From Nageia nagi (Eukaryota > Plantae > Pinophyta), in the NCBI GenBank assembly GCA_050084985.1, contig JBITNC010000001.1, forward strand, positions 157,170,001 through 157,234,000: a DNA stretch of 64,000 nucleotides. The letters run 5' to 3'. A model generated the notes under the pieces. The model was not told where the DNA came from and did not search any database. It worked only from the letters and a program-made list of their open reading frames with translations. Within the stretch, counting starts at the first letter, position 1; every line of letters starts with the position of its first letter. The position numbers were made by a program, and so were the translations under genes. Of this stretch, positions 13,063 to 26,035 are shown in pieces.

Positions 13063-13988
13063 CTGCCATAAAAATTTCCAAACTGAACTAAGATGACAAT
13101 AATCATTAATTAAAACTCAATGTTAGACATTTTCATTTTACAATGTTATTATGCCTAAGAATTTTGAAGTCATCTATAACATGTTTATGAATTAAGAAGA
13201 CTATAACATGTTCATAATCTGATAATGGCAAGTTGTTAGCAACCAGGAAAACAATGAATAGCATAATTGTGCTCACCAAAAGTACAATGAATCAAAATCA
13301 AGTGATATATTTGTTCAATAATGGACCACAGGTTATAGTCATCTTGTGAGATACCATTTTGCATTCTCTCAAATTATTCTTAATACTTTTTAGTACATTT
13401 CAACCCATGCTCATGTTATCTTACATAGTTCATCGAAATGTTCTTGCTGAGTGTTTTTTCCCCTCAAACTTTATTGGAAAATGGCAAAACTCTCACTCAC
13501 TCTCACAAGATATGTGAAGAAACAGGAGCCCACTTGATACAAAATTATATCCTAATACACAGATATTGACCTTATGACTTAACTTGCTTGTAATAAAGGA
13601 AATGTAAAACAGTACCTCGCTAGTATAGTAAGTCTACGAAAGTACAATATCAAGCTGTCAACAACTTTTATTTGCAGGAATCAAAAAGCCTTTTAACCCT
13701 TGACATATAGTTTATAATAATTGAAAATTTATTCTAAGGGTTCACTGAGTGGGTAGCCCTGCAATAGAAACTTGTTACTTCTAGTGAAAAAGGGACCTTG
13801 CACATGATTTAATAGTCAATGACACTTAATGAACCCATCAAAGAACTTACAAGCATGAAAGAGGCAAAAAAAAGGATGGTGTCCAAACTCGAGCTAAATA
13901 TATCCAACACCAATAAAAAATAAGTCATGAGTAGCAAAACTTATTGTAAATTATAAAATGGTTGTTGACTCATGTAGTTGGTTTCAAC

Positions 13989-14841
13989 CATAATTATAAG
14001 GATCGGTTCTTTCGGGTCGAACAGAAAACAAAAAAAGTTTAAAATTTTGAAAAAGGTTCAATTCGATTCAGAAATATACACAAAATATAAAACTCCTTTT
14101 TTAAATTGGGTTCGAAATTTTAAATTTGAAAACATTATCTTAGAATATTAAATTTTAAATTAAAAATATTAATATTAAAATTAAAAATATTTAAATTTTG
14201 AATTAAAATATTTAAATTTAAAAGTATTAAATAACTAAATTAGAATTTTAAATATAAAAACATTTCCATGTATTGTATTTGGAATAAAACCCCGATGCCT
14301 TGTCTAATAAGACAATATTTCCATGTACGCGCAAGAAAAACAACGTCTTTGTGCAGAAGATCAGACCACGAACAGCAGAATGAGAGGGTGTCGAGGAGTC
14401 ATGGACTGCAGTCAAGGAGGAAGGGAAAGACTACAGTAAAACAGAGATATGTGCACCTCCACCACGGAATGCAGAGAGCATACATGAACTCCACTACGCC
14501 TCAAGCCTGGGTGGAAGTCACCGTGTGAAGGGAGGTCTGCAGGTCTTAAGCTACACAATCCTGAACTGAATACACGCAAGGTTGAAATGAGCCACCGAAA
14601 GAAGAAAAGGAGGTAGATCTGGACGCTACACAAAATCAATTGCAAAGAATTACGAACAACAGGAAAAAACACAACGGAGAGTGCCCATGAGCACACGGTG
14701 TTAACTTTAATATTATATAATATTTTTCTGTACAACTTTTCCTGCCAGTCATGGCCGAACCGAACCTGTTTGCTTCAGTTTTTTCAATATGTTCGAGATA
14801 GGAAAAACCTGGGGCAAGTTCGGATGAACCTGGTAACTATG
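13989..14841. mobile_element. Non-autonomous hAT-type element (MITE)
   Basis: Imperfect TIRs CATAATTATAAGG / CCTGGTAACTATG. Perfect 8-bp TSD GTTTCAAC at 13981-13988 and 14842-14849. Subterminal GGTTCG/CGAACC motifs. Confidence 0.85.
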
Positions 14842-16006
14842 GTTTCAACCATAGTATTGAGACTTTTCGAGTCTTTAAAAAAGTCTTCAATTCCCAAGAC
14901 AAGTCAGGGCTTGAGCGCACAAATGTTTAAACTCAATGAGCATGACTGTAGGGATTTAAAATTACATTTTAACTACTTAATGATGTTATTGGGTGACTAC
15001 TTGATTTATGTGAAAATAGCAATTTGAATTGTTCTAGTCTAACTTGAGTGAAATCATGCAATTGAGTGTTATCTTATATGTACATTGTTTTACATAGGTC
15101 CACTTAGATGAACCCAAAATTAGATTTTTCCATGACTCCAGTCTATATAAGGCACTCCAATGTGCTCATTTTCATATGAAGCAATTATCAGAAGTTTATA
15201 TGGACATATCATGCTTTATCATGTCAAATGAGGCTTTATCATTAATGACTATCATGTGCCTTTTCTCCATCTATGCCTTTTGACACTTGTTATGACCCAA
15301 GGGGTCCGACAAGAGCTTGATGTCTTACTTTAAGAAGATTCCAAGCACATAATTAATATAATTTAGGAGTAATGTTGTAGTTAGGAGGATTTTTCATTAG
15401 TTGCAATTGTATTTAAACATCAATGTAACAAAGCTATGGGTATTTATGGGTCCCTAAGATCAATGTGAGCCCCAATGTGGGACGTCACCCTCCTTGGATA
15501 GTTAGGGGGTCATTTAATGATGTCATAATTGATTGTTAAGATCCCATGGCATGATTGTGCACATCCAAATGGCCAACGCATGATTTCCTTGTGCCACTCC
15601 ACTTGCATGGATTCCTAGGCAACATCTAGGCCACCTAGTGAGACGTCTAGCTATTTAGGAGCTTGGCGCATCATTTGGAGATAACTTATTGATTATTCTT
15701 GACATTGTCACTTCAGGGATTGCCACAGATTCATCTCTTAGCCTCTTGTGGACGAAAACTTGCAAGAGAAGGGTTTAGTGGGATGAAAACCTCACTAGAT
15801 CTGACTAAGGATGAAAACCCTTAGTCTTTGGTTGCATCACTTCTATCCTTGTGGAGTACCAAGAGTTGGGAAGAGCCATTTGGTAGAGCGTCCAGCTTGT
15901 CTAAGGGAGTATGCTTTGGTTATTCATTTCCAGATCCGAGTTTGAGACCCTAGCTCCAGACATCAACCTCCAGAAATGTAGTTGGTATTGTTGTATGCTA
16001 GATCTG

Positions 16007-19000
16007 TGTGATGATCCAAAATGGACCTCAACTCAAAAACACTCAATTTCAACCAACAAACCCTGATGTTGGGTCTAGGGCATCAAACAAAAGCCAAGAC
16101 ACCCTCAAATATGCAACATTAGGGTTAGGGCATCAATATTATACATTCACAACACCAAGATCCCAACATCTAACTATAACATGCAATATTCAATCAACAA
16201 TACATCATAATGCCAACGCATGATAAGTACAAGCATAAACAACAATAATGATCCAACGCAAGCACAAGATGAGTCAACGCAACAAAAGCATGCCATTCAA
16301 TTGCCCTTGGCAGTGTACAAATGATATGAAGCAGTGCAATACAATACCAAGCCCTAGGGGGCAGTCGTTGGGCTCTCTGGAGCCACCTACGGCACAACAA
16401 TGAATATCCTCGATCACTAGAACAACAACGGAACCATGGGACAATAATGCTCCCTCAGAACCCGAATCCTCTCCACTGAAGGAGTCCTCTGATTTTGGTA
16501 TAACCAACTGAATGGTAGAAGTCGTACCTCGGAATGCCACTGGATGGGTAAGGCATTGCACCAATACCATAGATAGATAGGATCCCTCCACTTGAATGCC
16601 TTCTAGATGTTGCGTCTAGGAATGTTGCTCACCACCGCTAAGTCTTGAAGTCTTATGGACGGTATAAGAGAATACTAATCAAGCATGTTCAGTAATGAGG
16701 CTCCAATGTCTATTTATACATTAGCTCTGTCAAGATCTCACCTAGGAGTCATCACCTAGCCCATCTTATCCAACGTTGGCCTCCTGGGGACCCGAAATAC
16801 CCAACATAGGTGTCTAAATGTTAAACATGCCAACGTGGGGTCCAGGGGTGCATTAAGTGCCAACGAGTGAGCTAAGGGTTGCCATGCATGCCCACATGGG
16901 TGAGAGAGGGCAAATGTGGGGTCTAGGAGTCATGCTGGCCAACGTGGGGGTATGGGAGCCTCTCCAAGCCTAGCACAAGCATGCAAGTGGTTGTCCAATA
17001 CCTCAATACAAAAATACACCTTCGCATTCCCACAATCATTATCGGGATCTCCAAACATGACAAATACTCCTAATCTAATATTAGGAGGGAGACATCCCAC
17101 TTGGGGCTCACAATGGGGTCCATTGACCCATTAAGTCTCCTATCCTAAGTTACAATCATAAAGAGCAATACATAAGGAAAGTATATTACAAGTAGATCCT
17201 TTCGGACCCTACAACTAATGACTTGTGGACAAAGGGGACGTCACAAAGCCTCCCCTCTCAAGATTGCTTGCCCTTAAGCAATACAATGCTGGATGTGCAA
17301 GTATATCAACTCCTTCCCACGTTGAGTCCTCATCTGGCAAGTCCTTCCATTTAATCAGATACTCTTGAATCTGTCTGGATCTCAACTTCTTGAACCTGGT
17401 CTCAAGCACTCTTTTCGGAATTAGAATCAATCGCCCCTCATCATCAAGTGGAGGTAGGGCAATGGATGAGACGTCCTGCTGTCCCATGGCCTTCTTCACG
17501 AGTGAGACATGGAAGGTATTATGGATCTTACTCTCCTGGGGCAACTCCAACTCGTAAGCAATATCTCCCACCCTGCACAGGACCTTGTATAGGCCAAAAA
17601 ACCTAGGATGTAGCTTCTCTTCTTCACACTTCTTGAGTGATGATTATCGACATGGCTGTAATCACACGTACACCATGTCTCCTACTTCGAAGCTCCTCTC
17701 CATTTTGTTCTAATCATAGAACTTTTGCTGATTCTGAGCCATCTACAAGTTCTCTTTCAGCACTCTCATGATGTCCTGATACTCTTGCAAGAAATCGTTA
17801 GCCTTGAGTGCTCTTCCTTCATCAATAATCAAGTCTATAAAGTTAGGAGGATCATAACCATACAAAGCTCAAAAAGGAGACATCTTAATGGACATGTGAT
17901 AAGTAGAATTATAACAATACTCCCCAACGTGGAGCCACTTGACCCATGACTGTTGTTGTCCCATCACAGAATGCCTTAGATATCCCTCCACCCATTTGTT
18001 GACGATTTATGTCTTTCCATTTGTCTGTGGGTGGTAACTAGTGCTACGAGTGAGATCCATCCCACTCAATCGGAACAATTCCTACCAAACCAAACTCATA
18101 AATTTGTTGTCCCGATCACTCACAATCCTCCTAGGCAACCCATGCAACCTAAAGATCTCTTTGAAGAACAAGTCAGCTATCATTGCAGCCGTGTAAGTAA
18201 CAGTAATGGCAAAGAAATGGGCAAACGTGATGAGTATATCCACTACCACGAAGATGTTATCTTTGCCTTGAGCCTTAGGAAGGCCAGTGATGAAGTCCAT
18301 GGAGATATCCTCCCACTTTCGTTGAGGAATAGGCAATGGTTAGAGTAGCCCTCCAAGCTTCACATGCTCCTCCTTGTTCTCCTGACATTTGTACACTCCT
18401 AGACATGCTTTAGAACATCTTGCTTCAGCCCTTTCCAAGTGAACCTTTTTCTAACAACTTGATAGGTCTTTGTGATGCCCGGATGTCCTACTAGAGTGGT
18501 ATTGTGAAGTGCATGTCATACCTTCTTCCTAACCACGGATTTCGGGGTTAAGAAGATCTTGTTCCTCTTCAAGATCAATCCCTCCTTGACCACATATCTC
18601 TTGTTCTTCACCGCTCCACTACGGATACCGGAGGCAAACTCATCTTGCGTGTACTCAGCCATAACTATCTTCTAACAATCAGTAGTGATAGAAGAGAGAG
18701 AATAGAAAGAGGGATTCCTAGACAAGGCATATGCCACAGAATTCTTCCCTTTGATATACTGAATCTCAAAATCAAATGACTATAGCTTACTCACACATCG
18801 TTGTTGTTTCTCAATCAAGTATGTCTGGCTGAGGAAGTCCTTCAAGCTGTTGTGATCACTCTGGATGATAAATGGCCCATAAACAAAATACTATTTGAAC
18901 CTCGCTAATGCATGCATAATGGCCAACATCTCTTTGTCATAGACACTGAAATTCTACTGTACGCTAAACAGCTTCTGGCTCTCAAAACCAATCGGCTGCC

Positions 19001-21930
19001 CATTCTGCATCAATACTGCCCCAATGCCCATCTTTGAGGCATAACACTCCACAGTGATGGAGATTGAGAAATCTAGTATAGCCAAACAGGGACAGGTGCA
19101 CATGACTCTCTTGAGCCTCTCAAAGGCTTCTTGTGTCTCATCACTCCAAACGAATGCATCCTTCTTGGTTAGCTAGGTGAGAGAAACCACGAATGAATCT
19201 CCAATAGTTGTTACACAACCCTAAGAACGCTCTCAACTACGTGAGGGATGTGGGAGCTGCCATTCTGGATGGCTACAATCTTCCATTGATCAAACCTAAT
19301 TCCCTCACGACTGATAATGTGTCCGGGATACAGGATATCAATCATGCCAAACTCACACTTGGACTATTTGGCATAAAACTTCTGCTTCTAGAGTATCCTC
19401 AAAACGTGGTCTAGGTGGCAGAGGTATTCCTCCCATTTTCTGTTGTAGACCAAAATGTCATCAAAGAAGACCAATAAAAACTTCCACAACTGCTCCTTGA
19501 AAACCTAGTTCATGGCTAACTGAAATGTGGCTGGCACATTGGTCAATCCAAACTACATCACCAAGAATTTGAAATGACAATAGTGGCATTGAAAAGTTGT
19601 CTTATGGGCATCCTCCTCTTTCATCCTAATTTGATGATATCCGAATCTCAAATCAATTTTAGAAAAGTACTTGGCCCAATGCAACTCATCAATGAGGTCG
19701 TCCACCCTAGGAATTGGATACCTGTTCTTGATGGTTTTCTTTTTGAGCAATATGTAGTCTATGCACATCCTCATCGTCCGTATGCACATCCTCATCGTCC
19801 CATCCTTCTTGACCAACACCACTAAAGAAGCAAATGGACTAGAGCTGGGCCGAATGAATCCCATATCTAGTAACTCCGTGATAGTTTTCTCTATCTCATC
19901 CTCGTACACTTTTGGATGCCTTTAAGGAGTGACCATAACCAGCTTAGCTCCCGATTCCAACTCCACTATGTGCTCAAACCCTCTAGATGGCGGCAAGCCC
20001 TTAGGTATGTCACCAAAAACGTTCGGATACAGATCCAGGATGCATTGGATCTCAGGTGATTGCTCCTTGGCCTCCCCAGTGTGCCACATGGGACCTCCCT
20101 TGGCCATGGTGAAGATGCAACCCCATTCTACATCTCTTTTCCGAACTATGGCGTTCATCTTCCTGTCCGATATCACCTAAGTGACGGCCTCTAATCTGCC
20201 ACTAGTAGCATTGGATCAGAGCGTCAACTTCCTTTTTGCTTCCTTCTTCTGATCCAAGGATGTGTCCTCTCTAACTCCCTCAAATCCAAACGTTGGTGTT
20301 TAGACTGGCTCTACCCCTCCAACATTGGTTTTCTACCATGCTACCACTCCCTATCCCAACAGGTCCTTATACAACTAAAAGGTGACGTCTCTCTAGAACT
20401 CTTTGCTAGTTCCTCAGTAGATCTAAAGCAAGATCTCAATTTTTGGTGGTGTCTTATGCGGAGTCACAGATCTGGGCTCCCATGTTTGCCCCTTCTTCTT
20501 GCTCATCTTCTCCACGTGTTGCTCTCCTAAGAACCATACAAGCCTCTCCCTTTCCTCCGAAGGGACTTTATCGTCTTTGAGCCTCTAAAGATGTTGGCGG
20601 AAGACTACCTGGCCGTATTCAAACTTCCTCACTCTAGATGTAGATCTGGCTTCCATCCCCTTAGGTGGCAAGATTTTCAGCTTTGATACCACTTGTGATG
20701 ATCCAAAATGGACCTCAACTCAAAAACACTCAATTTCAACCAACAAACCCTGATGTCAGGTCTAAGGCATCAAACACAAGCCAAGACACCCTCAAATATG
20801 CAACATTAGGGTTAGGGCATCAATATCATACATTCACAACACCAAGATCCCAACATCTAACTATAACATGCAATATTCAATCAACAATACATCATAATGC
20901 CAACGCATGATAAGTACAAGCATAAACAACAATAATGATCCAACGCAAGCACAAGATGAGTCAATGCAACAAAAGCATGACATTCAATTGCCCTTGGTAG
21001 TATACAAATGAGATGAAGTAGTGCAATACAATACCAAGCCCTAGGTGGCAGTCGTTGGCCTCTCTGGAGCCACCTACGGCACAACAATGAATATCCTCGA
21101 TCACTAGAACAACAACGGAACCATGGGGCAGTAATGCTCCTCAGAACCCGAATCCTCTCCACTGAAGGAGTCCTTTGATTTTGGATAACCAACTGAATGG
21201 TAGAAGTCGTACCTCGGAATGCCACTTGATGGGTAAGGCATTGTGCCAATACCGTAGATAGACAGGATCCCTCAACCTGAATGCCTTCTAGATGTTGCGT
21301 CTAGGAATGTTGCTCACCACCACTAAGTCTAGAAGTCTTGTGGACAGTATAAGAGAATACTAATCAAGCATGTTCAGTAATGAGGCTCCAGTGTCTATTT
21401 ATACATTAGCTCTGTCATGGTCTCACCTAGGAGTCATCACCTAGCTCATCTTATCCAACGTTGGCCTCCTAGGGAGCCGGAATACCCAACATGGGTGTCT
21501 AAATGTTAAACATGCCAACGTGGGGTCCAGGGGTGCACTAAGTGCCAACGAGTGAGCTAAGGGTTGCCATGCATGCCCACATGGGTGAGAGAGGGCAAAT
21601 GTGGGGTCTAGGAGTCATGCTGGCCAACGTGGGGGTATGGGAGCCTCTCCAAGCCTAGCACAAGCATGCAAGTGGTTGTCCAATACCTCAATACAAAAAT
21701 ACACCTTCGCATTCCCACAATCATTATCGGGATCTCCAAACATGACAAATACTCCTAATCTAATATTAGGAGGGAGACATCCCACTTGGGGCTCACAATG
21801 GGGTCCATGGACCCATTAAGTCTCCTATCCTAAGTTATAATCATAAAGAGCAATACATAAGGAAAGTATATTACAAATAGATCCTTTCGAACCCCACAAC
21901 TAATGACTTGTGGACAAGAGGGACATCACA
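16007..21930 (-). mobile_element. Ty3/Gypsy chromovirus, internally deleted (most of gag/protease missing) and pseudogenised
   Basis: LTRs 16007-17245 and 20694-21930. Perfect TSD ATCTG. PBS ~20680-20691, PPT 17246-17259. RT (PSSSPFAS...YFSKIDLR, 19553-19909), RNase H, integrase ([10 protein letters not shown]...IVSDRD, 18082-18336), chromodomain (EYLIKWKDLPDEDSTWE). Confidence 0.96.
19760..19800. repeat. 21-bp in-frame tandem duplication in the chromovirus RT
   Basis: TATGCACATCCTCATCGTCC(G) x2, giving TMRMCIRTMRMCID. Confidence 0.9.
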
Positions 21931-23259
21931 ATCTGGCCCTCCAAGGCAGACGTCTTGCCTATTTTGGCTCCTTGTATTGTACTTGCTCTTTTGATGATAT
22001 AATTGAGGCATTGACCTTTGGATCTCATATTTTGCTTGTGCATGGGATATTTTGAGCAATTTATTTGTGTTTGGCATTATTTCTTGTCTTGGCGTAGTTC
22101 GTTGGGTTTTTGGCACTATAATTCTGGCATAAAATAATAAAGGTGCATCACAATGATTATCTAAAATCTTCCAACATCTTAATAGCTAAATCATCAAGAT
22201 AAGTCATCCGCTCCTTTTCTCCTTGACTCGGCAATTGTCATATTTATGGGTCATATGCAACCCTAAATCACTAAAAGAAGCTAAAGCACGCCTTCCAAAA
22301 ACTACACAACCTAGAACAATGGACTATGCCAAATGTACAACATAAAACCAAATGTTCTAGGATGTCACCCCAAAACACCCAACATTTTAGCACCAATGTC
22401 CCAAAATGCAAGCATTATGGTGCAAAAACCCAATGACTTGTGAGATTGTCCTTGATCACTCTAGAATGGTCATGCATCACTTCTAATACCATCCAAAATA
22501 AAAATTATCATTTTGATAATCATCTTCAAAATCATCCAGATATAAGTCTTCTTTGTATCTCCTCTTGTAAATTAGCATAATCCTCATTACCAAATCCTAT
22601 CTATATTCTGCATACTGATAATCTATTTCACAAATTTTGAGCATTTATTTTAATACATGTTCTTTTATTTGTGTATACAACGATTTCTAGACAAGGCAAA
22701 TCTATTTCAATCCAAAAGTGAATAAAAACAAAAGGAAAGACAAAATATATAAATAAAATTCTGCATCATTTGTTTATTTTCTAGTTAGTAGTTACTCACT
22801 TTCTCTCATCATTATTTTTTGACAATAAATATATAGTGTTTATATTTTCAAAATTTATTAATCTACATAATGTTTTCGTTTTTTGCGATTTTTTCACAAG
22901 TCTTAACTCTCAACACCATGGGTTTCAACACCTACAATAAATTTCAAAATCTTGATAAAAATAATTAACTATCTATTAATCACTTTGACATTACATTATG
23001 CCTTCTTAATATTCTATAGAATCTATACAAATGAAGGAATTAACATGCAAGAAGCGTCATCTTCTCCAAATTGAAATTCAGAACTAGACTACTCTGCTCC
23101 AACTCATACCACTCATTCCCGCCCTAGGATTAAGTTTAATAAATAGAATGTGAATAAAATAGTTGAAAATAACCTAGATACCATACACCTTAGTGGATGA
23201 ATCATTTCTATCCAATTTACTTAGCATCTTGCTTCCCAAGACTCTTAGTTACAACCTTA

Positions 23260-24125
23260 GTAGTCAAGTTCACCACATATTTTGGGAAAAATTCAAAAAA
23301 CGTCAAACCTCAACAGTGAACGATTAAATTCGGATAAATTCGGCTTTGAACGAAGCCCTCCGTTACAGTAACTCAATCCTGGAGAGCTTCCTCATTCCAG
23401 CTTTGGACGAAAACCTCCTGATTCCTAGATGTGCCTAGATGTGCTAAGTGTTGGGGCTGGACGTCTTGCTGCATACTTTTCAAAAACCCTCTGGTACATC
23501 TCTCTCGATCATTCCGTCGAAAACACCACAAGCATTGACTAGGCTACCGCACTTGACAAACATTTGGAGAAGGGTATTGTGCAAATATACATCCTTTGTA
23601 AATTTGGGCCGATTTCAGTTGAGAATGATATCGTGGATGTGCTTGCCCTAGTGTACACCGCTTTCTTTTGAATGCAGCAATGAACATTTAAAATCCTAAC
23701 TTTTTAAAATTTAACATTTAAAATTCTTTCACGTTTAAAATGCGGAGAGAAAACCCTATTTTGACATTTAAAAGCCTTTAAATTTAAAGGTGTTATGGTT
23801 TTAAATTTAGATGTTCTAGGCTAATTAGATTACAATTTGAATTTTAATGTTTTATTAGATTTAATTTTAATGTTTTGATTATATTTAATTTTAATATTTT
23901 TACAATGATTTTTATTAGATTTAATTTAACGTTTTCTTATATTTTAATTATATTTAATTTTAATGTTTTTAATATTTAATTTTAATATTTTTAATATTTT
24001 AATTACATTATATCATATATGTATCTTTTTAACATATCGAATTTTATTTCAAATTTTTTAAATATGTCAAATTTCTTTTGAATTTCAAGAATGTTCAATT
24101 CAAATAGGAACTCGAACTTGACTAC
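23260..24125. mobile_element. PIF/Harbinger (Tourist-like) MITE
   Basis: Perfect 12-bp TIRs GTAGTCAAGTTC / GAACTTGACTAC. TSD TTA at 23257-23259 and 24126-24128. AT-rich internal repeats. Confidence 0.85.
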
Positions 24126-24239
24126 TTAGGTTAGGATCAATCACCTAATATTGGAAGCAAAAGTTTTATGCAAAGGAAGATGCACTCAATGGATGGGAAG
24201 CATCTCAATCAAGAGCACCTGCTATGAATCAGAAAATAT

Positions 24240-25570
24240 CTGTCAATTAACTAAGAATAGAATATTCAGTTTACTAGATCCTGTCTAGATGGCATATAGG
24301 AAATGATAGGTGTCGATAATAATCAAGACTGAACCCATATTTTTATGCTTCAGTTAATTTCTAGATTAGCTAGGTTACAGTCAGTTAATTCAATTAAGAA
24401 GACTCGAGAATATTAAGTCTATACTTCTAAATATTCTAGTGTAGTATTCTCTTTCAGCAATTACGAGGAGCTGCAGTTCCAGAAGAAATTATTTGAGAAA
24501 GCAACTACTTCCTCAAGATCTTACTGTGCATAAGATTTTGACTTTTTAAGTGTTCTTAATTTTTCTCCAGTACTTTGATTTTGTTATAACAACACCTTTC
24601 TTTAGCATTTGCTTGTGGAAACAATCCTGGGACTTTTGAAAACCATTCATTTGGTATCAGAGAAAGGCTACTCCACAGACAAAGATTTTATAAAGATGTC
24701 CTCTTCAACAAGTATTCATATTCAAGTTCTAGTCATTGATAACAACACTACAATTGTTGGTGTATGTGGATGAAGGCAGTTCGTTCATGTCGGCAGATTG
24801 TAATGAATGGCTTCACATAATTGCGGAAAGTTTTTGCCATGACTCAGCACAACCAAAACATATATGAATTGCAACATAAAAGGGATGCTCTTGCAGCATA
24901 TCACATACAACAGGATTGCAGCCAAGTATTTTTTCAAGATTACAGGCTGCAGCCTGCAAGAATGCAGAAGAAGCATGGGAACTGCTCCAATACACCTATA
25001 AAGCTCAGACAAAGTCAAGCTTTTGCATCTCCAAAATCTGCACATAACATCACGATAATAAATAGTGAAAATATTTATGAGTTATCCACTTACATTCAAA
25101 ATTTGTTAATCTGTTAAAAAGCCATGGAAAAGAAGGACCGATCATAAACTGTCTGAGAAGATTCTGAGATCCTTGGTAAGGAAGTGGGAAAAGGTTGTTA
25201 TCACCGTCAAAGAATCAAAGGATGTCAATTCTGAAGGTTCAAGAACAATTCTGTTTGCTACTATCACATAAGAGTCGTAGGAAGAGATCTAAGAATCTAG
25301 TGAACAAACTTTCCCGATAATACTAATGTAGCCACACCTTCGTCATCAAAAACTCAAAACAGAGAGGATAAATTTTCTGCTAGTGCAAGAGGTCATGGCA
25401 CATCTCAAGGAAAACGTTGAGGAAGTAAAGGTAGAGGCCAAAGCCAAGACGGTTATCAGAATTACAGTCAAAATCAAGAGAAGAACATGCACAGACACTA
25501 TTACAAGAGGTATGGCCACGATAAGAGTGAATGTAACACTATAAATATGAGCTTCACTGAAAAGAGCTAG
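24240..25570 (+). mobile_element. Truncated Copia remnant (LTR, PBS, gag)
   Basis: PBS TGGTATCAGAG at 24652. Gag remnants EKILRSL..KW.KVVITVKESKD, an RG-rich stretch and a degenerate zinc knuckle. Boundaries approximate. Confidence 0.7.
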
Positions 25571-25957
25571 TCAGATTCAAAATGAAACCGGTTCCTCTAA
25601 TAATTATTGTCATGGATGTGTTCTGAATGCAAGGAGATCAATACATAGTAATGATTACAATTATTCCCATAGTTTTGGCTGTCGGAGAACCATGCTTTAA
25701 AATTTGCATTGAATTAAAATGCTATATATCCAAATATTTTAGCAAATCTTAATATATCATTATTAACTACCATGATAGAAGTGTTTGCAGTTTAGCCAAA
25801 ATGCTATCTTTGCATGCGAAAACAATGAGAACATTGACACCGAGAGCCCCTAAAATGACCTCAAAAATGGAAGAAAAACAAAAACTGCAGTTACCATCAT
25901 ATGATGACTCTTTAGGTGTACCATTGTATTACTAACAACAGGGATCACATGCATTAC

Positions 25958-26035
25958 CTGTAGCCTCCATCGTCTAAGCTCCAATGAATCAAGTGATTCA
26001 TAAATTTTTAAATGGCCATCAGCATATGCAGCAAC
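25958..26035 (-). CDS. SEH1: SEH1 exon 4 (78 nt)
   Basis: Acceptor CCTGCAG. VAAYADGHLKIYESLDSLELRRWRLQ. Donor CAG|GTAATG. Confidence 0.95.

Larger units (their letters stand above)
15288..22259. mobile_element. Solo LTR (~1043 bp net) interrupted by the chromovirus
   Basis: Termini TGTTATGACCCA / TGGGTCATATGCA. TSD ACACT/ACCCT. Shares size and the triple GGAYGAAAAC motif with the solo LTR at 54523-55560. Confidence 0.65.
14850..22920. mobile_element. Second non-autonomous hAT-type element (~1.1 kb of its own sequence) hosting nested LTR elements
   Basis: TIRs CATAGTATTGAGA / TCTCAACACCATG. Flanked by GTTTCAAC at 14842-14849 and 22922-22929, with one extra G at 22921. Confidence 0.7.

Noticed and set aside
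16008-21819. Duplicated short ORFs (16008/20665, 16916/21601; also 1377/5748, 1865/6268) as paralogous genes
   Set aside because: They are incidental frames within paired LTRs.
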